Below are positions 45,315-58,019 of a stretch of DNA of 64,000 bases, piece after piece. The translations under genes were made by a program, and so were the position numbers. The stretch covers positions 1-64,000 of the forward strand of contig OX337230.1 in the NCBI GenBank assembly GCA_946965045.2, written 5' to 3'. This stretch comes from Epithemia pelagica. Taxonomy: Eukaryota > Protista > Bacillariophyta. Under the pieces are notes generated by a model, which made no database searches, was not told the DNA's origin, and saw nothing but the letters and a program-made list of their open reading frames with translations. Within the stretch, counting starts at the first letter, position 1. Each line of letters begins with the position of its first letter.

Positions 45315-47153
45315 TCGCTTCGTGCGCGGACGAGAAGAGGCCAACAAACGGGGTTCGCACGGAGAGGCACCGGAGGGTGACTATGAGTTTTGTCTGGCTT
45401 TGTCGCATCATGTGCACCATCGGCTGTCGGTCTATCATGCCTTTATGGAATTTGTGTTGGGGATTGCCTTTTCCGAGCGACAACAACATGTTCACGATGA
45501 GGAGAACCGCGGTGAGGAACTGTTCACTGTTGCTCTGAGCACCAAGGCTGACGACACCAGGGGAAACGTTGGCCAACCACAACAATCGTGCTGTGTTTTG
45601 GGCATGTTGCGGGTGGGGAAAGAGACCACACAAGCCTTGCAACACTTGATTGCGCTCTATGTAGGGATTCCCATGGGAGACGATTTGCAAACACTGTGTC
45701 GGGCATCGGATCATTTGGCCGCCTACAGAACCAAAGATCTTGCCACCGCCATCGATGTCCTGTGGCGAAGAAGATCAAAACTCGTCAGGAGGAGAATGAA
45801 CGCTCTGCTGCCGCAGTTGTGATCCAGCGCGCATTTCATCAGAGTCGTGCTATCTTCGAAGATCCCGCAATTTGTGACAGAGTGTCTGGCTCGTTGTTTA
45901 CGCGCTGGACAGTACTTCTTCTCATGATTTCGTGGTCGATCGCAGCAACGATACTTTTGGTTAAGCCACAGGGCAAAATTGCGGACATGGGCTGGAATGC
46001 ATCATCACGAACATACTGTGTTTGGTCACGGCAAGCATCGTCATGCTGCACTTGGTCATTTTGAACGTCGATACCTTGAAGATTGAAGACCACGAACATT
46101 GGAAACCATCCTCAAGTCCTTCCACTGAGCCAACCGTGCCAATGTCAGCCCACCCCAGTGGACAGCGAAATGGCAAGCGTTCATCCCCGAGCAAACGTAC
46201 GTCCATTGAAGGAACATCAAGCAAGATGAATCGCAGCACACGACCGCATACGTCGCCAGCTGCATCAACAAAGACCTCCAAGGCACTAATCTCATCATAT
46301 CCCAGCAGCTCCTCCGTCAGAGACTCTACCTCATCACTGTACGTGTCTCCGTCCTCTACGCTCCTTGGCTGTAGAAGAGTTATGAAGTGTGTTCACATAC
46401 ACAAGTCCTAGATTGACTGCAAAGCACTCTTCTCATGGCCATGACCGTCCCGAACGAACGAAGATCTCTTGTGCGTATCAAACGTGGCGGTTTCTTCTTT
46501 CTCTCCATAGCTGTGTTTGCCCACCCTTTGGAATCGAACGGAAGGCAATGCGAATAACGGCTCTTCATGGCATTGTTGAAATGGGAGGATTGCGGTTGGG
46601 ACATGGATACGAATGTCAAAGCAACAATAGTGTCGAATAGGACAAGAACAACACCAACCACCACCACAACCACACGAAAGGATCAAGACACACGGGAGCA
46701 GGTCACCACACGGTCGTCCACCAATAAACAAGGCAACACCGTATATATAGACCGGTACACCACTCGTTCCGTGACTCTCCTGGTTTTCTTCTTCTTTGGT
46801 GTCAATCCCTCCTTGGATCGACTTGTGTGTGAGGCTCATGGGCAGCAAATCTCTCTCGAATTTGCCTTTGTTTGTTTTGCGTTTGGATGGGAACTCAGGA
46901 GCGATGATTCCGAGAGACATTTTCTCTCTTCATCACACCTTCCCAAAGAATCCTCCTACTGGAATGGATGAGAATGCGCGAAAGTTCCTGGAACAAACGA
47001 GAGGAGGACCCCAAAAATAGAATCGAGACAGGGAACGCCATTTCTCTACCTAGAAATCGACAAGGGCCGCGTGCAATCGATTCGGTTTCTCGTTTGTGGC
47101 ACACGTGTGTGAATCGCTAGAATGCTCTCCAGTCGGTTGGTGGTACTGGCGCA

Positions 47154-47783
47154 TTGGTTTCTTTGTCTTTTCTGCCTTGGAGGTTTCTGCCAAGTCTTGC
47201 TAAAAACTTCCGATATCATCATGACACCCTTCTTGCTCGATTACACTCGGCATGTTGTTGTTCGGTTGCTTCTCATCGTCGTCTCAAGGCTAGCTATGAT
47301 ACCTGTGTGGCCAAACTAACCGAAATGGTCATTCCCCACATTCCGGCCATGGCAGGCATGTTGGTCTATGCCGATTTTTCGTCCTTGTTACCGCAAAAGA
47401 CGTTTGAATGGGAAGAAATCTTGTCCACCATTTTGTTTCATCATGCCCGCGTTGTCTTGACGCCCGGTGCCAGTCAACGCAACGTCGAACCCGGCATTTT
47501 TCGCATTTACTATGCCAGGGTCTCACCCAATGTGTTGGACATTGCCATGGAACGATTGAGTCGTATTGTGGCACGGTTGCGAAGTAATTATGCAGACGAT
47601 TGGAAACTGGCCGCGCAAACACCCAATGTCCTATCCGAGAAGCCGACGGACGACCAGGACCTATCACCAGTAACACCACCTCATACGGGAGGCATGAGTC
47701 ATTCTCATTCTCATTCTCATTCTCTGTCGTCGTCGCCTCAGGCGGCTATTCATGGCGCCTTTGCTGGAGTGTTGGATTGCTAA
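47154..47783 (+). pseudogene. C-terminal fragment of a class I/II PLP aminotransferase (ACC-synthase-like)
   Basis: AGMLVYADFSSLL..TFEWE, VVLTPG..EPGIFRIYYA..LDIAMERL; no upstream PLP-lysine region found. Confidence 0.65.
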
Positions 47784-47940
47784 TACTTTGTGTCGACAAG
47801 GACCGATCGACCCAACCACTCATAGTCTCTGTTGCGTACAGCTCTTGGTGGAAAGCCCGCTCGCGACGTCAACGCGGCTGTACAATGAACGGGTGAGGCG
47901 ACAGGACGTCAATGGACGCCTGTCAGGCACTATGGCACAC

Positions 47941-48382
47941 CCCAGAGGCTTATCAGAGGAAACCCCAAACTCGTAACTCGTCCCCACCATCTGGACACGA
48001 GTGCCCAGGGTGAGTAGGCTAATCAAGAGGTAGCCCTAATCTCTTGGAGTACATACAATTTGAACGGAGGACGAGGCGACCGTATTGTATGTACTCCTGA
48101 GGCTAAATCAGAGGAGCCCCCAAACTCCCCACCATCTGGACACGAGTGCCCAGGGTGAGTAGGCTAATCAAGAGGTAGCCTTAATCTCTAGGAGAACATA
48201 CAATTTGAACGGTGGAGGCGACAGGACGTCAATGGACGCCTGTCATGCAACTATATGGCACACCTCACGCCGTATTGTATGTAACTCCTGAGGCAATCAG
48301 AGGAGCCTCTAAACTCCCCACCATCTGAACACGAGTGCCCAGAGGGTGAGTAGGCTAATCAAGAGGTAGCCCTAATCTCTAT
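47941..48382 (+). repeat. Complex tandem array of ~120-150-bp modules
   Basis: ccccaccatctg(g/a)acacgagtgccca..gggtgagtaggctaatcaagaggtagcc(c/t)taatctct three times, with interleaved ggcgacaggacgtcaatggacgcctgtca. Confidence 0.85.
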
Positions 48383-48384
48383 CT

Positions 48385-49960
48385 GGCACAGAGACCAAAG
48401 TCTCCATGCCAGATACCTGGTGACACAAGGACAAGTCCTCATGCCACCAGGGTTTTGTGATAACACCGACCGAACGGACACACCAACAAGGACCACCAAC
48501 AAGGACGTCTCCGACAAGGACTCTAGCTAGACTCAGCTGATGTAGGAGTAGGAGTAAAATTTAGCAATCGGTAAGGGGTATTGAGTGAGTAGGTTGAGTA
48601 GGAAAGATTCATAACCGACACGACTGTTCGCACGTACCACTAGCAACCGACAACCGGCATGTTTTTTTCTGGGTTTTTTGGATTTTTTTGCTTTTTCTGG
48701 GTTTTTTGGATTTTTTTGCTTTTTCTGGGTTATTTGGATTTTTTGGATTGTTTTCAACAGCACCACTACCCGTACCCGCGGACAAAAGACGAGCGGATCG
48801 TCGAACGTGCACCATTCGGCGTGCCTTTTTGGAGTAGGCAACAACAAGGATCCTGCCCAAACGCGGGGAGTCCTCGGGGCCGGAGGAACTCTCGATCACG
48901 CTTTGGGGGGCATTCTCATCATGTGAGGCGAGGTATCGTTTTGGGTGGGGGTGGGGGAAGGAGGGGTGGTGACCATGGAAGAAGGGGTGGAATTTCGAGG
49001 GGGTGAGTCGTGCCCCAAAGTGATCTCGTCGTCGTCGTCGTCGTCGTCGTCGGGGATGAGCGCGGGTTCAGGCTCAGGACGGTCGACTGGAACCAGAGGG
49101 GTCTCCTCGTCGTCCTCGAGATCGTCTGCGAGTGCGAGAGGAGGGAAGTCCAAGTCAGCGTCGAACTCGCAAGGCAGAACAGCAACAGTGTCGACGTCGA
49201 CCTCCTCCTCGCGATCGCGAATCTCGATCTCTCCATCCTCGTGGCGACCATTCTCGCGTTGCTTCGCAGCAAGCTTTGCTTCGGCAACAGCAAGCTGTTG
49301 TTGAAGCTGAGCATTTTCGCGTCGAAGCTTTCGGCCAGACCGCACTTTCCTCACTCGAAGCGCCGCATTCTCGCGACGAAGCTTCTTGTAGGCTCCATCC
49401 TTCGCTGCAATTTCTTTTTGTTGCTTAGCTTCGGCAATGGCCAGCTGTTGTTGAAGCTGAGCTTTGTCGTGTCGAAGCTGTCGAAGCTCCGCATGTTCGT
49501 GTCGAAGCTCCGCGTGCTCGCTACTTGTAGTACGACTTTTCTTGTTGAAAATGACCCGAAACAGGTGTTGGACGATAAGTTTCGCCTCATCGAGGACATC
49601 AGCGACACCGTAACACAGTATGAGAGTCACAAAAGGAGCAACTAACAGAGCCCATTCGGAGCTGATCATCTTTTCGTAACAGTAATCACAATCACACATC
49701 ATCATGGTCAATCGTATTTTTGGTCAATCGTATTTTGTTTTTGTGCGTGTTGGATTGTTGCGTGTTGTTGTTGTTGGCGTTTCGTGTTGTTTGGCGATCG
49801 GACCCTCGAGGTGCGAGGCAGCGGGGTCGGTTTAGACGAGCACAACAATCAACCGTTCGAGGGCAGCAACACCCACCGTCGGGGCAATGTCGCACGTACC
49901 TCGAGGGGTCGAGGGCAGCAACACAGCGCAACTACTCAACAATCAACCGTCGGGCGGTCC
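48385..49960 (-). repeat. Dispersed repeat R, copy 2 (ORF 48609-49711 frameshifted, coiled coil expanded)
   Basis: ORFs 48896..49711 and 48609..48899 together match the 21393-22205 protein; net 1-nt loss near 48920. Confidence 0.85.
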
Positions 49961-50181
49961 AATCACAACCAAGACGACGACGACGACAAGAACAAAGAGC
50001 AAGTCGATGACGACGACACAACAACAAGATTCTAAATCATAATGAATAGCACACCTTCGTGCATGGGTTGGTTCTTCTTCTATGCGACTACTACGACGGT
50101 TTGGTTGATACAACAATACAATACAAAACTACACCCCAATCTGTTTCGTTTTGTTGTTTGCTGGTTTCTACCTTAGTTTGG

Positions 50182-50976
50182 TTAATGGGCCACCAAGGGA
50201 GCCGTTGCAGCTGTGGTGGGCACTTCGGACCGCATCTCCTCGACACATTCTTGAAAGTCTCCCATATCAAACAACATAGCGCCCTTGAAATGACTGGCAT
50301 CGCCAAATTGGACATGATCCTTGTCAATCATTTGATTGGTCCGGGCGACGCGGCCAAAATTGTTCGATGGACTTGTAGAGGGCGGCCAGTGTGGCATTGC
50401 CGCGCTTGAGGGTTTCTTGGAGCATGGAAAGGGCTTCTTCGGGTTTGCGCAGCAACATTCGGGCCATGTTGTTGACCGAACACAAATCCACAGGGTCAAA
50501 ATTGAGAGGCAAAAACTTGTGCGACACGGACGCGGCCAAGTGAAAGAATTGCAGGGCTGTATTGGGTCGACACCAATCTGATAATGAATCAGGCCCATAT
50601 TAAGGAGGGTCGCCTTGGAACATTCGACGGGTCCGGCACAACAGGCGGCTTCTTCTTGCGTGCCCGTCATGTCCGGCATGCAACAAAAAGTAGGATTGCA
50701 AAGTCCGCAATCGGGCCAATTCGCCTTCAACCGTTTGGTCCTGGGCTTCAGGATCGGGGACGGGCAAAATCCAATCGTTGGTGGCAATGCCGTGCGGCGT
50801 AACCGTTCGCAAGGCCTCGCGTAATTCGGAATCGTCCACAAATCCACCACGGAACGACCGGCCGTAGACACGGGCGTACGAGCCTTTTTGCGAGCCGGAT
50901 ACGAATAGCAAGACATGGTAGTAGTGTGTTGTGTTTGTTGCGTTTGGTTAACAAAGGTCGTTGTTGCAAGTTGCAA
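50182..50976 (-). pseudogene. Frameshifted helical-repeat (TPR-like) remnant
   Basis: NNMARMLLRKPEEALSMLQETL-type segments are spread over frames. Confidence 0.3.
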
Positions 50977-51098
50977 TTCGCAAGACTTGTGAGCTCAACT
51001 ACACAACGTCTCTACTTCTACGAGTAGGGTTGTGTTCGTCTCCCTCCACACCTGATCTGTGGGACAAGCACACGGCCCCAACAACAACGCAACTCTCT

Positions 51099-51400
51099 CT
51101 AAGTCGTCGTCGTCATCGTCGTGTTGGAGGAGGATGGTGGTGTATGGTCGCCGGGCAATTGTCCACAGTCGGATATCACGACATTGACAACAGGTTTGTC
51201 CGAATAGCCCGTTTTGGTCGTTTCAATCACCTGAACAATTTCCATGCCTTCGACGACATGCCCCAAAACGACATGATGTTTGTCATCCAAATGCGGCGTG
51301 GCGGTGGTGGTGACAAAATTCGTGCCTGGACCGGAATTGGCCATCGGCTATGAGTAGACCAAATAATGCTTTCAATCTTAGTACAAGAGTGAAAGAAGAC
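51099..51400 (-). pseudogene. Degenerate cyclophilin-type PPIase, C-terminal part
   Basis: [40 protein letters not shown]; the GSQFF motif is missing and the upstream frame is broken. Confidence 0.75.
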
Positions 51401-52568
51401 GTTCCCAGTGGTGGTTGTGGTAGTTGCAAGGGTTCCTGGGGGCGTGGTTTGGTGCAGCCACAGAAGGATGATGATCTTCGTCTTGTTGCAGTGGGACGAA
51501 GAGAGAGCTCCGCAAGAGGCAATGGTAGAATCAACCTCCACCAGGTACTCCGTGGGAATGACGGAGTCTGCGCAAGAGAGAGAACATGAGAATACGAGAC
51601 CAGTGGCATTGGTTAATTGTTACAAACAGGAACTTACCTTGTTGCTTCAGGTAGGCGAGAAGAGAAGCTAGCTTGTCGCCTTTAGCTTAGCACTGGTTGC
51701 CACATATAACGATCTTATATTTCCATGTACTCTTTAGAGTGTGATTGTTCGTCGTTATCTTGCGACGGACTGTCTGCAAATGGTCGGCTTGGAATACAAA
51801 ACATGTCATCCAACGCTGCATTATCCAACTGGTAGTACTTGTGGCAGTGGTGCACTCACTGTATTCGATACGGTTGTGGAGGCTCGAGGTGAATCGTTGT
51901 CAGGCGACGACGAAACCAAATGTTCATCGTCACTGGTTTGATGAGGATTGGTGTCTGAAGAGAGGCCCTGGAAGTTTCGCATTTCATTTCCTCTCTGGAA
52001 AGAAATCGGTAGTCTTGTTGGTCGAGAATTTATAGTTACAGTGGCACAAGACTCCTTCCATTGTGTGTTTTTTTCTGGCCATGACTTGTCTTGGCGAGTA
52101 CAGTGTCGGGCTCATCCAGCAGGCGAATGCACTGGGTAGATCTAGAAATTACTGGATATCTCTTTCATGATTCTGTGCGTTTTCCTGGGATAGCGAGGTC
52201 TCTATCGTTCTCTTCTCTGGCGAGGTCCATGGTCCATGGTTGCGTCGGCGATGGTCATGACCATGGAAAGGAGGGAAATCTGAGGATGATGAGGATCGAG
52301 AAAACCATCTTTGAAGCCCATTCAGGTGGATCTCGATCCACCTGTGATCATCGGGAGCATTCTTGAGTTCATACCGACGATAGGTCGACAAATGCTTCAA
52401 GACGCAGACATGTGCGTAGCTATTGTGTTCTGCAACCCCACTCGTTCCGCAAGCGGTGCGCCATTCGGAAGCACATGAAACCAACGGATGTTTTATGTTT
52501 TCGTACTCGTACACGACAAAGACCAAATAGTAAAGGAGTGACAGATGTACTTAGACATAAGACGTACG

Positions 52569-52715
52569 CCGAGCTTCCGAATTGTTACCTATCAAATAGC
52601 AAGTAAACGGATTCTCAACGCAGAGCTTCCGAATTGTTGTCTATCAAATAGACATCAACGGATCCTGAACGCTAATTATCAATCAATACAATTGGCCAAC
52701 GGATCTCGAACGCCA
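52569..52715 (+). repeat. Imperfect ~54-bp tandem repeat
   Basis: gagcttccgaattgtt..ctatcaaatag..aacggat twice plus a partial third unit. Confidence 0.7.
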
Positions 52716-53593
52716 GGCGACACTTCTCGGGGGAAAAGGGGGCATACATACAGACACAACAGTTCGTTCAAGAGGATACAGGATACGCTCTTTCCCGTCG
52801 CCATCCCCTTGGACGCATGCGTGAAAGGCGATTCCCTCTTTGTGTGGTCTCCCTTTAAGAGAGACAAACAATTAGTAATCATCCACATAGCAACTCGTTG
52901 AGCGTTAAACCGTCGTCGGTTCGTAGTTCTATTACTCCTATAGCATCTAATGTATTATATAGAGACTTGTTGCATTCGTCTCACAAACTAGACAGCACAA
53001 CCACAAACACTCATCATGCTTCGGTTCGTCGTTCTACGAAAAGCATAGCATACTATAATGCAAAGTGACTTGTTCCTTTTGTCTCGCATCAAGTCAGTAT
53101 AGACAGACAAACCACCGACACAGAGAGGACTGAAGAAATTTGTGTAGGAGTAAGAAAAACCTATTCGACTGGCTACTAATTATTTTGGCATGCCGGTGTA
53201 ATTGGCAGGGTAAGGCCATGGATTCTGTTGTTGTTGTTGTTGTTGTTGTTACTGCGAGAACGTGGTGTCATTGCAGCAGAGAGAAAGGCAGTCCTCTCTC
53301 ATGCTTGCCTTGTGCCATCTTTATGGTCTGTTGATGAAGATGGCAACCCCATTGAGGATGGTGGAGCCGTTCCCAACACAAGGACAGCCGCCTCGGATCC
53401 ACCCCTTCCCGTCAAGCTGTGTTTGGCCAGTTCGCTCCATACCGTGGCTCGGACCCGAAATTGCCGTGGCGGATATCTTGCCCGTGTTTACGGATTATTT
53501 TTGTTGGCATCGTCGATCATGAAAAACTACAGTCATGCATTTAAAGCAGTTGCCTCCATGACAGCGAGGTGAATATTCGTCTTATCAGCGGCA

Positions 53594-54064
53594 GTGTGTT
53601 CGATCATCGTGGCGCTGCGATTTTCATCGTCGGGAGTGGATGCATGGACGTTCCCCGTTGTCTGTCGTACAATTGCTAACCGAACGAACGCTCCTTATCC
53701 AAGGTTCGACGTCGACCAGAACCCAAATCCCAGTCTCCTAGAACGTCGGTTCGACCGTTTTCATCATGACTCTACATCAGCCCTCGCTAGCACCACTACT
53801 GAATCGGCCACAATTGTGGGGGTTCCACAGTTTCCTCCTCAACCACGAACACTTACGACAACGAGAGCGACCAATCCAAGGAAGTACGACCTCATTTGAT
53901 ATTTCCGGGTGGTGGTTTGTTCTTTTACTGGCAAGCTGGTGTCATTACCTATTTACGAGAACAAGGCTACTTGTTGAATGGGCCCCACGGTGCCACCGTA
54001 GCCGGGGCATCGGCCGGCGCCTTGACTGCAACCTTGACGGCTACCAATGTGGATTTTTATGAGG
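53594..54064 (+). pseudogene. Patatin-like phospholipase, 5-prime fragment with frameshift
   Basis: KYDL / IFPGGGLFFYWQAG and nucleophile motif GASAG; frameshift near 53898; truncated after DFYEA. Confidence 0.75.
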
Positions 54065-54291
54065 CCATTAATCATTGAACCGCAAAGCGAAGTTTTCATA
54101 ACATCTTGGTGGACTTCGACTGTGACGGGGTCTTTATCCCAAGCATCAATGGTAATGAGATTGTGGAAAGGAAAATTGAACTGTATTGGGCATGTGTCAC
54201 TCTTCTTCGGAGGCGAAGAAGAAAAGGACTACTGCTCGGAGGCACAGAGGGACTGCCGCTGGGCGACTAACTCGGAATTCACTGGGTGAAT

Positions 54292-55576
54292 CTAATGAAG
54301 ACCCGGACGTATGGATACTCTAGTCCACAGTAGATACCAATGATGGATTGGAAGTCGGAGAGCTACTTGGACTCGAGCTCGGACTTGAACTTGGCGACTC
54401 ACTGGAAGATTCGGAGGGAGCCTCACTGTCAGACACCGAGGGCGGACTAGATGGCGAATTGCTGGGAGAACTTGACAGTGATGCGCTGGGACTCGAACTG
54501 GGACTTGCGCTAGGTGATTATGAAGGAGCTGAGCTTGGAGCAATGCTACTCCAAGGAGATTCTGAAGGCGAAACTTTATGGACTTTCGCTTGGACTGCTG
54601 CTAGGACTGTTGCTTGGTTCAGAACTTGAAGTAATCAATGAAGTTGAAGAGGGCTCAGAACTCGGACTGGAACGGGGGGAAGAACTAGGGCTGGAGCTGG
54701 GTTCCAAACTTGGTGATGCACTGGGACTTCCTTGCACTTGGGACGAACTTGGTGATGCACTGGGACTTCCTTGCACTTGGGATGAACTCGGTAATGAACT
54801 GTGGGAGATGCACTTGGTGACATACTCGGAGATAACTCGCAAGCGCACTGGGAGATGAACTCGGATTGGCACATTGCAAGTCCATGCTGTAGGTGAGCGA
54901 AAAACTTGGTGTCAAATGTACTTCGAAAAGTAAGGATATGATATCCCTCAGGGGCGTTCTCTTCCTTGGTAAGACTTTTGCATGTAAACCAATTGAGTAT
55001 GTCTTCGGATCGGGAAGATTCGTAATATCCCAAATTTCATGGTTTTTACGGATAAGAGTACCTGAAACCAATCGCTTCGTGTTCGTCAACATGCTTTATC
55101 ATCCGACGATAACGCGCGGTCACAAGCTCCATATGAGCTGGAATATGCTGACTCTTGGCCACCATAGTAGGATTTTTCTTCAAACGGCAACATGATAATT
55201 CTTCCACATGCCATGGTATGTGTTGACCCATTTATCTACCTCAGCGTCAGTATACATCATCTCCGAAACAACCGTTGTACCGTCCGCATTGCTTGACAAT
55301 AAATCGCATCAACCAGGAGGAATTCGGTGAAGAACTCGGACTCGAACAAGGGGACCAGCTGGGAACGGCATTCGAAGTAGAATGGACTAGAGCTAGGACT
55401 CGAAATCGGTGCTGAAGACGGTTCAGGACTCGAAGACTCAGATGGACAGGAACTCGGAGATGCCGAAGGAGACCTTGTCCATCCAAGAACACGTGTGTAC
55501 CAAGGCACGACTGTTTCGGGGTGCATCCAATCATTGGATACTCCCCATCCCGGTTCGGTTGGGCGCGCCAGTTCAA
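54292..55576 (-). pseudogene. Decayed Ser/Pro-rich (PSSSPS) mucin-like protein gene
   Basis: EPSSSPSSSP repeats in several frames with stops; 39-bp tandem duplication at 54708-54785. Confidence 0.55.
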
Positions 55577-56079
55577 ACTCTCATGTTATGTCGCTCGTGA
55601 ATCGTCTCTACCTCTCGACGATAGACACACAAGTCTATTTCTTTTTTGGTCATCGCCTTCTCTGTGCAACCGCAACCAACAGTCCACCCAAAACGCTTGA
55701 GATACACCATGAGAAACGATGGCTTGAAAGGCTTGAGCATCAGCCGCAAAGTCGGCTTCATTGGTTGGAGATGAAGATGAGCCGTAATGGAAGACTGAGA
55801 GGGATAAGCCACCCTTTGTTCCATTCGGTGCAGACGACACCATGGATTCGTTGTCGTCGTTCGTCCCTTGTATTCGTTGTTGAAGCTCTGAAGTATCTTG
55901 ACAGTGCTTGTTCCGATCCAGCTTGCAGATGATCGAGCAGGAGCCGACCCAGAAGGTGTAAGTTCTTGTTCTTGATGCTTTCAAGATGCGATTTGTAGCA
56001 GGTCAAGAATGTGAACGGCGAAACATGGCCTATTGAACTGGCCTGGCCAGAACAACGACAAGCGCAACGACCTTGCCAT

Positions 56080-56259
56080 GAGACATCGTGTTCTTGCCAC
56101 TCTCATACACGAGGTGGAGGTGGATCGTGGATATCATATCGATGCGCACCATTGCGCGCACGCCGCACGGACTGCATCCAATAAGACAGTAAGTGGATTT
56201 GATCTTGGTTCCACTCAGGTTGACGGTCTAACGGAAGATCTGACGAGCTGTTATACAGG
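56080..56259 (+). repeat. 180-bp dispersed repeat, copy 2
   Basis: Identical by eye to 40759-40938. Confidence 0.92.
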
Positions 56260-56650
56260 CTGGAGACACACCAAACTCGTTTTCCGTGAGAAAAATTGAT
56301 TGCCTTCTACCCATAACAATTTGCCGAAGCATATAGATTTTTATGTTACGCGTACTGTCCACTATCGGTACAAAAAGTACTCATACAATCCCTCTCGCTT
56401 GAAGTTGTTGGGAAAGCCAACCAAACTCAGTCGCATTGAGCTACTTTACTTTTCGGGGAGTACGCGGAGTCTACGCCGCAGGTATGTGTTGACCTCTAGA
56501 GAGAGCTACGAGGAGTAGATACTCCTAGCTCTATGAGACCGCAATGACAGAAACCACACGAATGTAGATTAATTCCACACTGGGTGAACAAACCTCTACC
56601 CTCTCTCACAAATAATTGCAATCCGAAAACCAAAACCAACCAAACACAAC

Positions 56651-57568
56651 ATGTACTTCAGCAAATCACTTTCTTCTGTGCTCCTGACTACTTTGATGTA
56701 CCGCGGTACGAACGGTTTCCTCAAGGGATCGTCCTACTCATCCTTTTCCAAAGGTACAGACATGAAAGAACGTGGCTTGTTGGAATCGTGCACGGCCGAT
56801 GCATCCGTCAAGGTCCTAGACAGCAGTGATTGTGGAATTGAGTTGGGCAGTAGCTATGAGGACAAATTCGTGGTCTTGGGAGAAAACATGAACTGTGGCA
56901 GCCTAGAGGACAAAGGCATTGCCATTACTATTTCCGCACCAGGAATCACATTGGATTGCAAGGACTTTAATATTCAAAAGCCAGACAATGGAGTTACCAA
57001 TACAGTGGGGATCCGAGTGGTTGCTGATAATATCTTTCTCAAAAACTGCGATATTTCCGGTTTCGAGGACGGAATCCACTTGGGTCAACATGGAACGATC
57101 TCCTACAAAAGTATCCACCTTTCCAACATCAACTCGCACGACAACACCCAGGATGGCCTGGATGTGCGCAGCAGTTTCACGGACGTGACAGTCGTCAACT
57201 CGCAATTCAATGACAATGACGCGAATGGATTTGATGGTGCTGGAAACGATGTTGTCTCTCTGACCAATCTGTTTTTGTCCGCTGTCGAGGCCAATGGAAA
57301 CGGGAACGATGGATTTGAACTTAAGAATATTCAGAAAGGACTTTTGATTGGCGTGACCGCCACTGGAAACACGGAGGATGGATTAGACTTGTCGCCAGAC
57401 AATGGCCCATTGTCAATTCAAGCCTCGACGTTTTGTGACAATGGAAAACAAAGCACTCTTGGAAACGATATTGATGGTTCCCAATTTTCCGCCTTTTCGC
57501 ATCATTCCATTACATGCGATACACAAGCCATTGGCATTGACGACATTTGCGATTGCCCTTGTCCCTAA
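56651..57568 (+). CDS. Right-handed parallel beta-helix (pectin-lyase-like fold) protein, probably secreted, 305 aa
   Basis: Intronless ORF; ITLDCKDFNI, GIRVVADNIFLKNCDISGFEDGIHL and repeated N-x-x-x-G-F/I-x-L rungs; Cys-rich end. Confidence 0.75.
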   Translation: MYFSKSLSSVLLTTLMYRGTNGFLKGSSYSSFSKGTDMKERGLLESCTADASVKVLDSSDCGIELGSSYEDKFVVLGENMNCGSLEDKGIAITISAPGITLDCKDFNIQKPDNGVTNTVGIRVVADNIFLKNCDISGFEDGIHLGQHGTISYKSIHLSNINSHDNTQDGLDVRSSFTDVTVVNSQFNDNDANGFDGAGNDVVSLTNLFLSAVEANGNGNDGFELKNIQKGLLIGVTATGNTEDGLDLSPDNGPLSIQASTFCDNGKQSTLGNDIDGSQFSAFSHHSITCDTQAIGIDDICDCPCP

Positions 57569-58019
57569 TCGATCCCTCTAGTAACCATAATTCCATCCCT
57601 TTCTTTGTGCACTGGCCACGTTGTATAGCACCCACACCACTAGGATGTACGGCGCACATCCAAACGGATACTCAGGCACATACAATCCACAACGAGAGAC
57701 CATCCGGGTATCGTGAAGAATGTTAAAGGCATGAGCAATCCTCGTTGTGGTGATGGTGTGGTTTGGCCGTTGTTGTGGACGGTATGTCTCTGTGGTTGGT
57801 TTTTGCAGGAACTCGTGTGGCACGACATGCCGGTTTCAACGTAGAGTTTGGCTCTTGGACGACGACTTCTTCTTGTTGTGGTCACACAGTGAGACCTCGC
57901 CAAAAGTCAATGGCAAATGATGACTGTATTGGGTGTTGGTTGTGAGCTGTCGTCATGTTTAGAAATGTCATTGTCAAAAAGCCTTTCATGAGCAACCTGT
58001 TGATTTCGAGAAATGTCCA

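Noticed and set aside
40759-56259. The 180-bp identical pair as LTRs of one retrotransposon
   Set aside because: No TG..CA ends, PBS/PPT or TSD, and the 15 kb between contains unrelated host gene fragments, not gag-pol.
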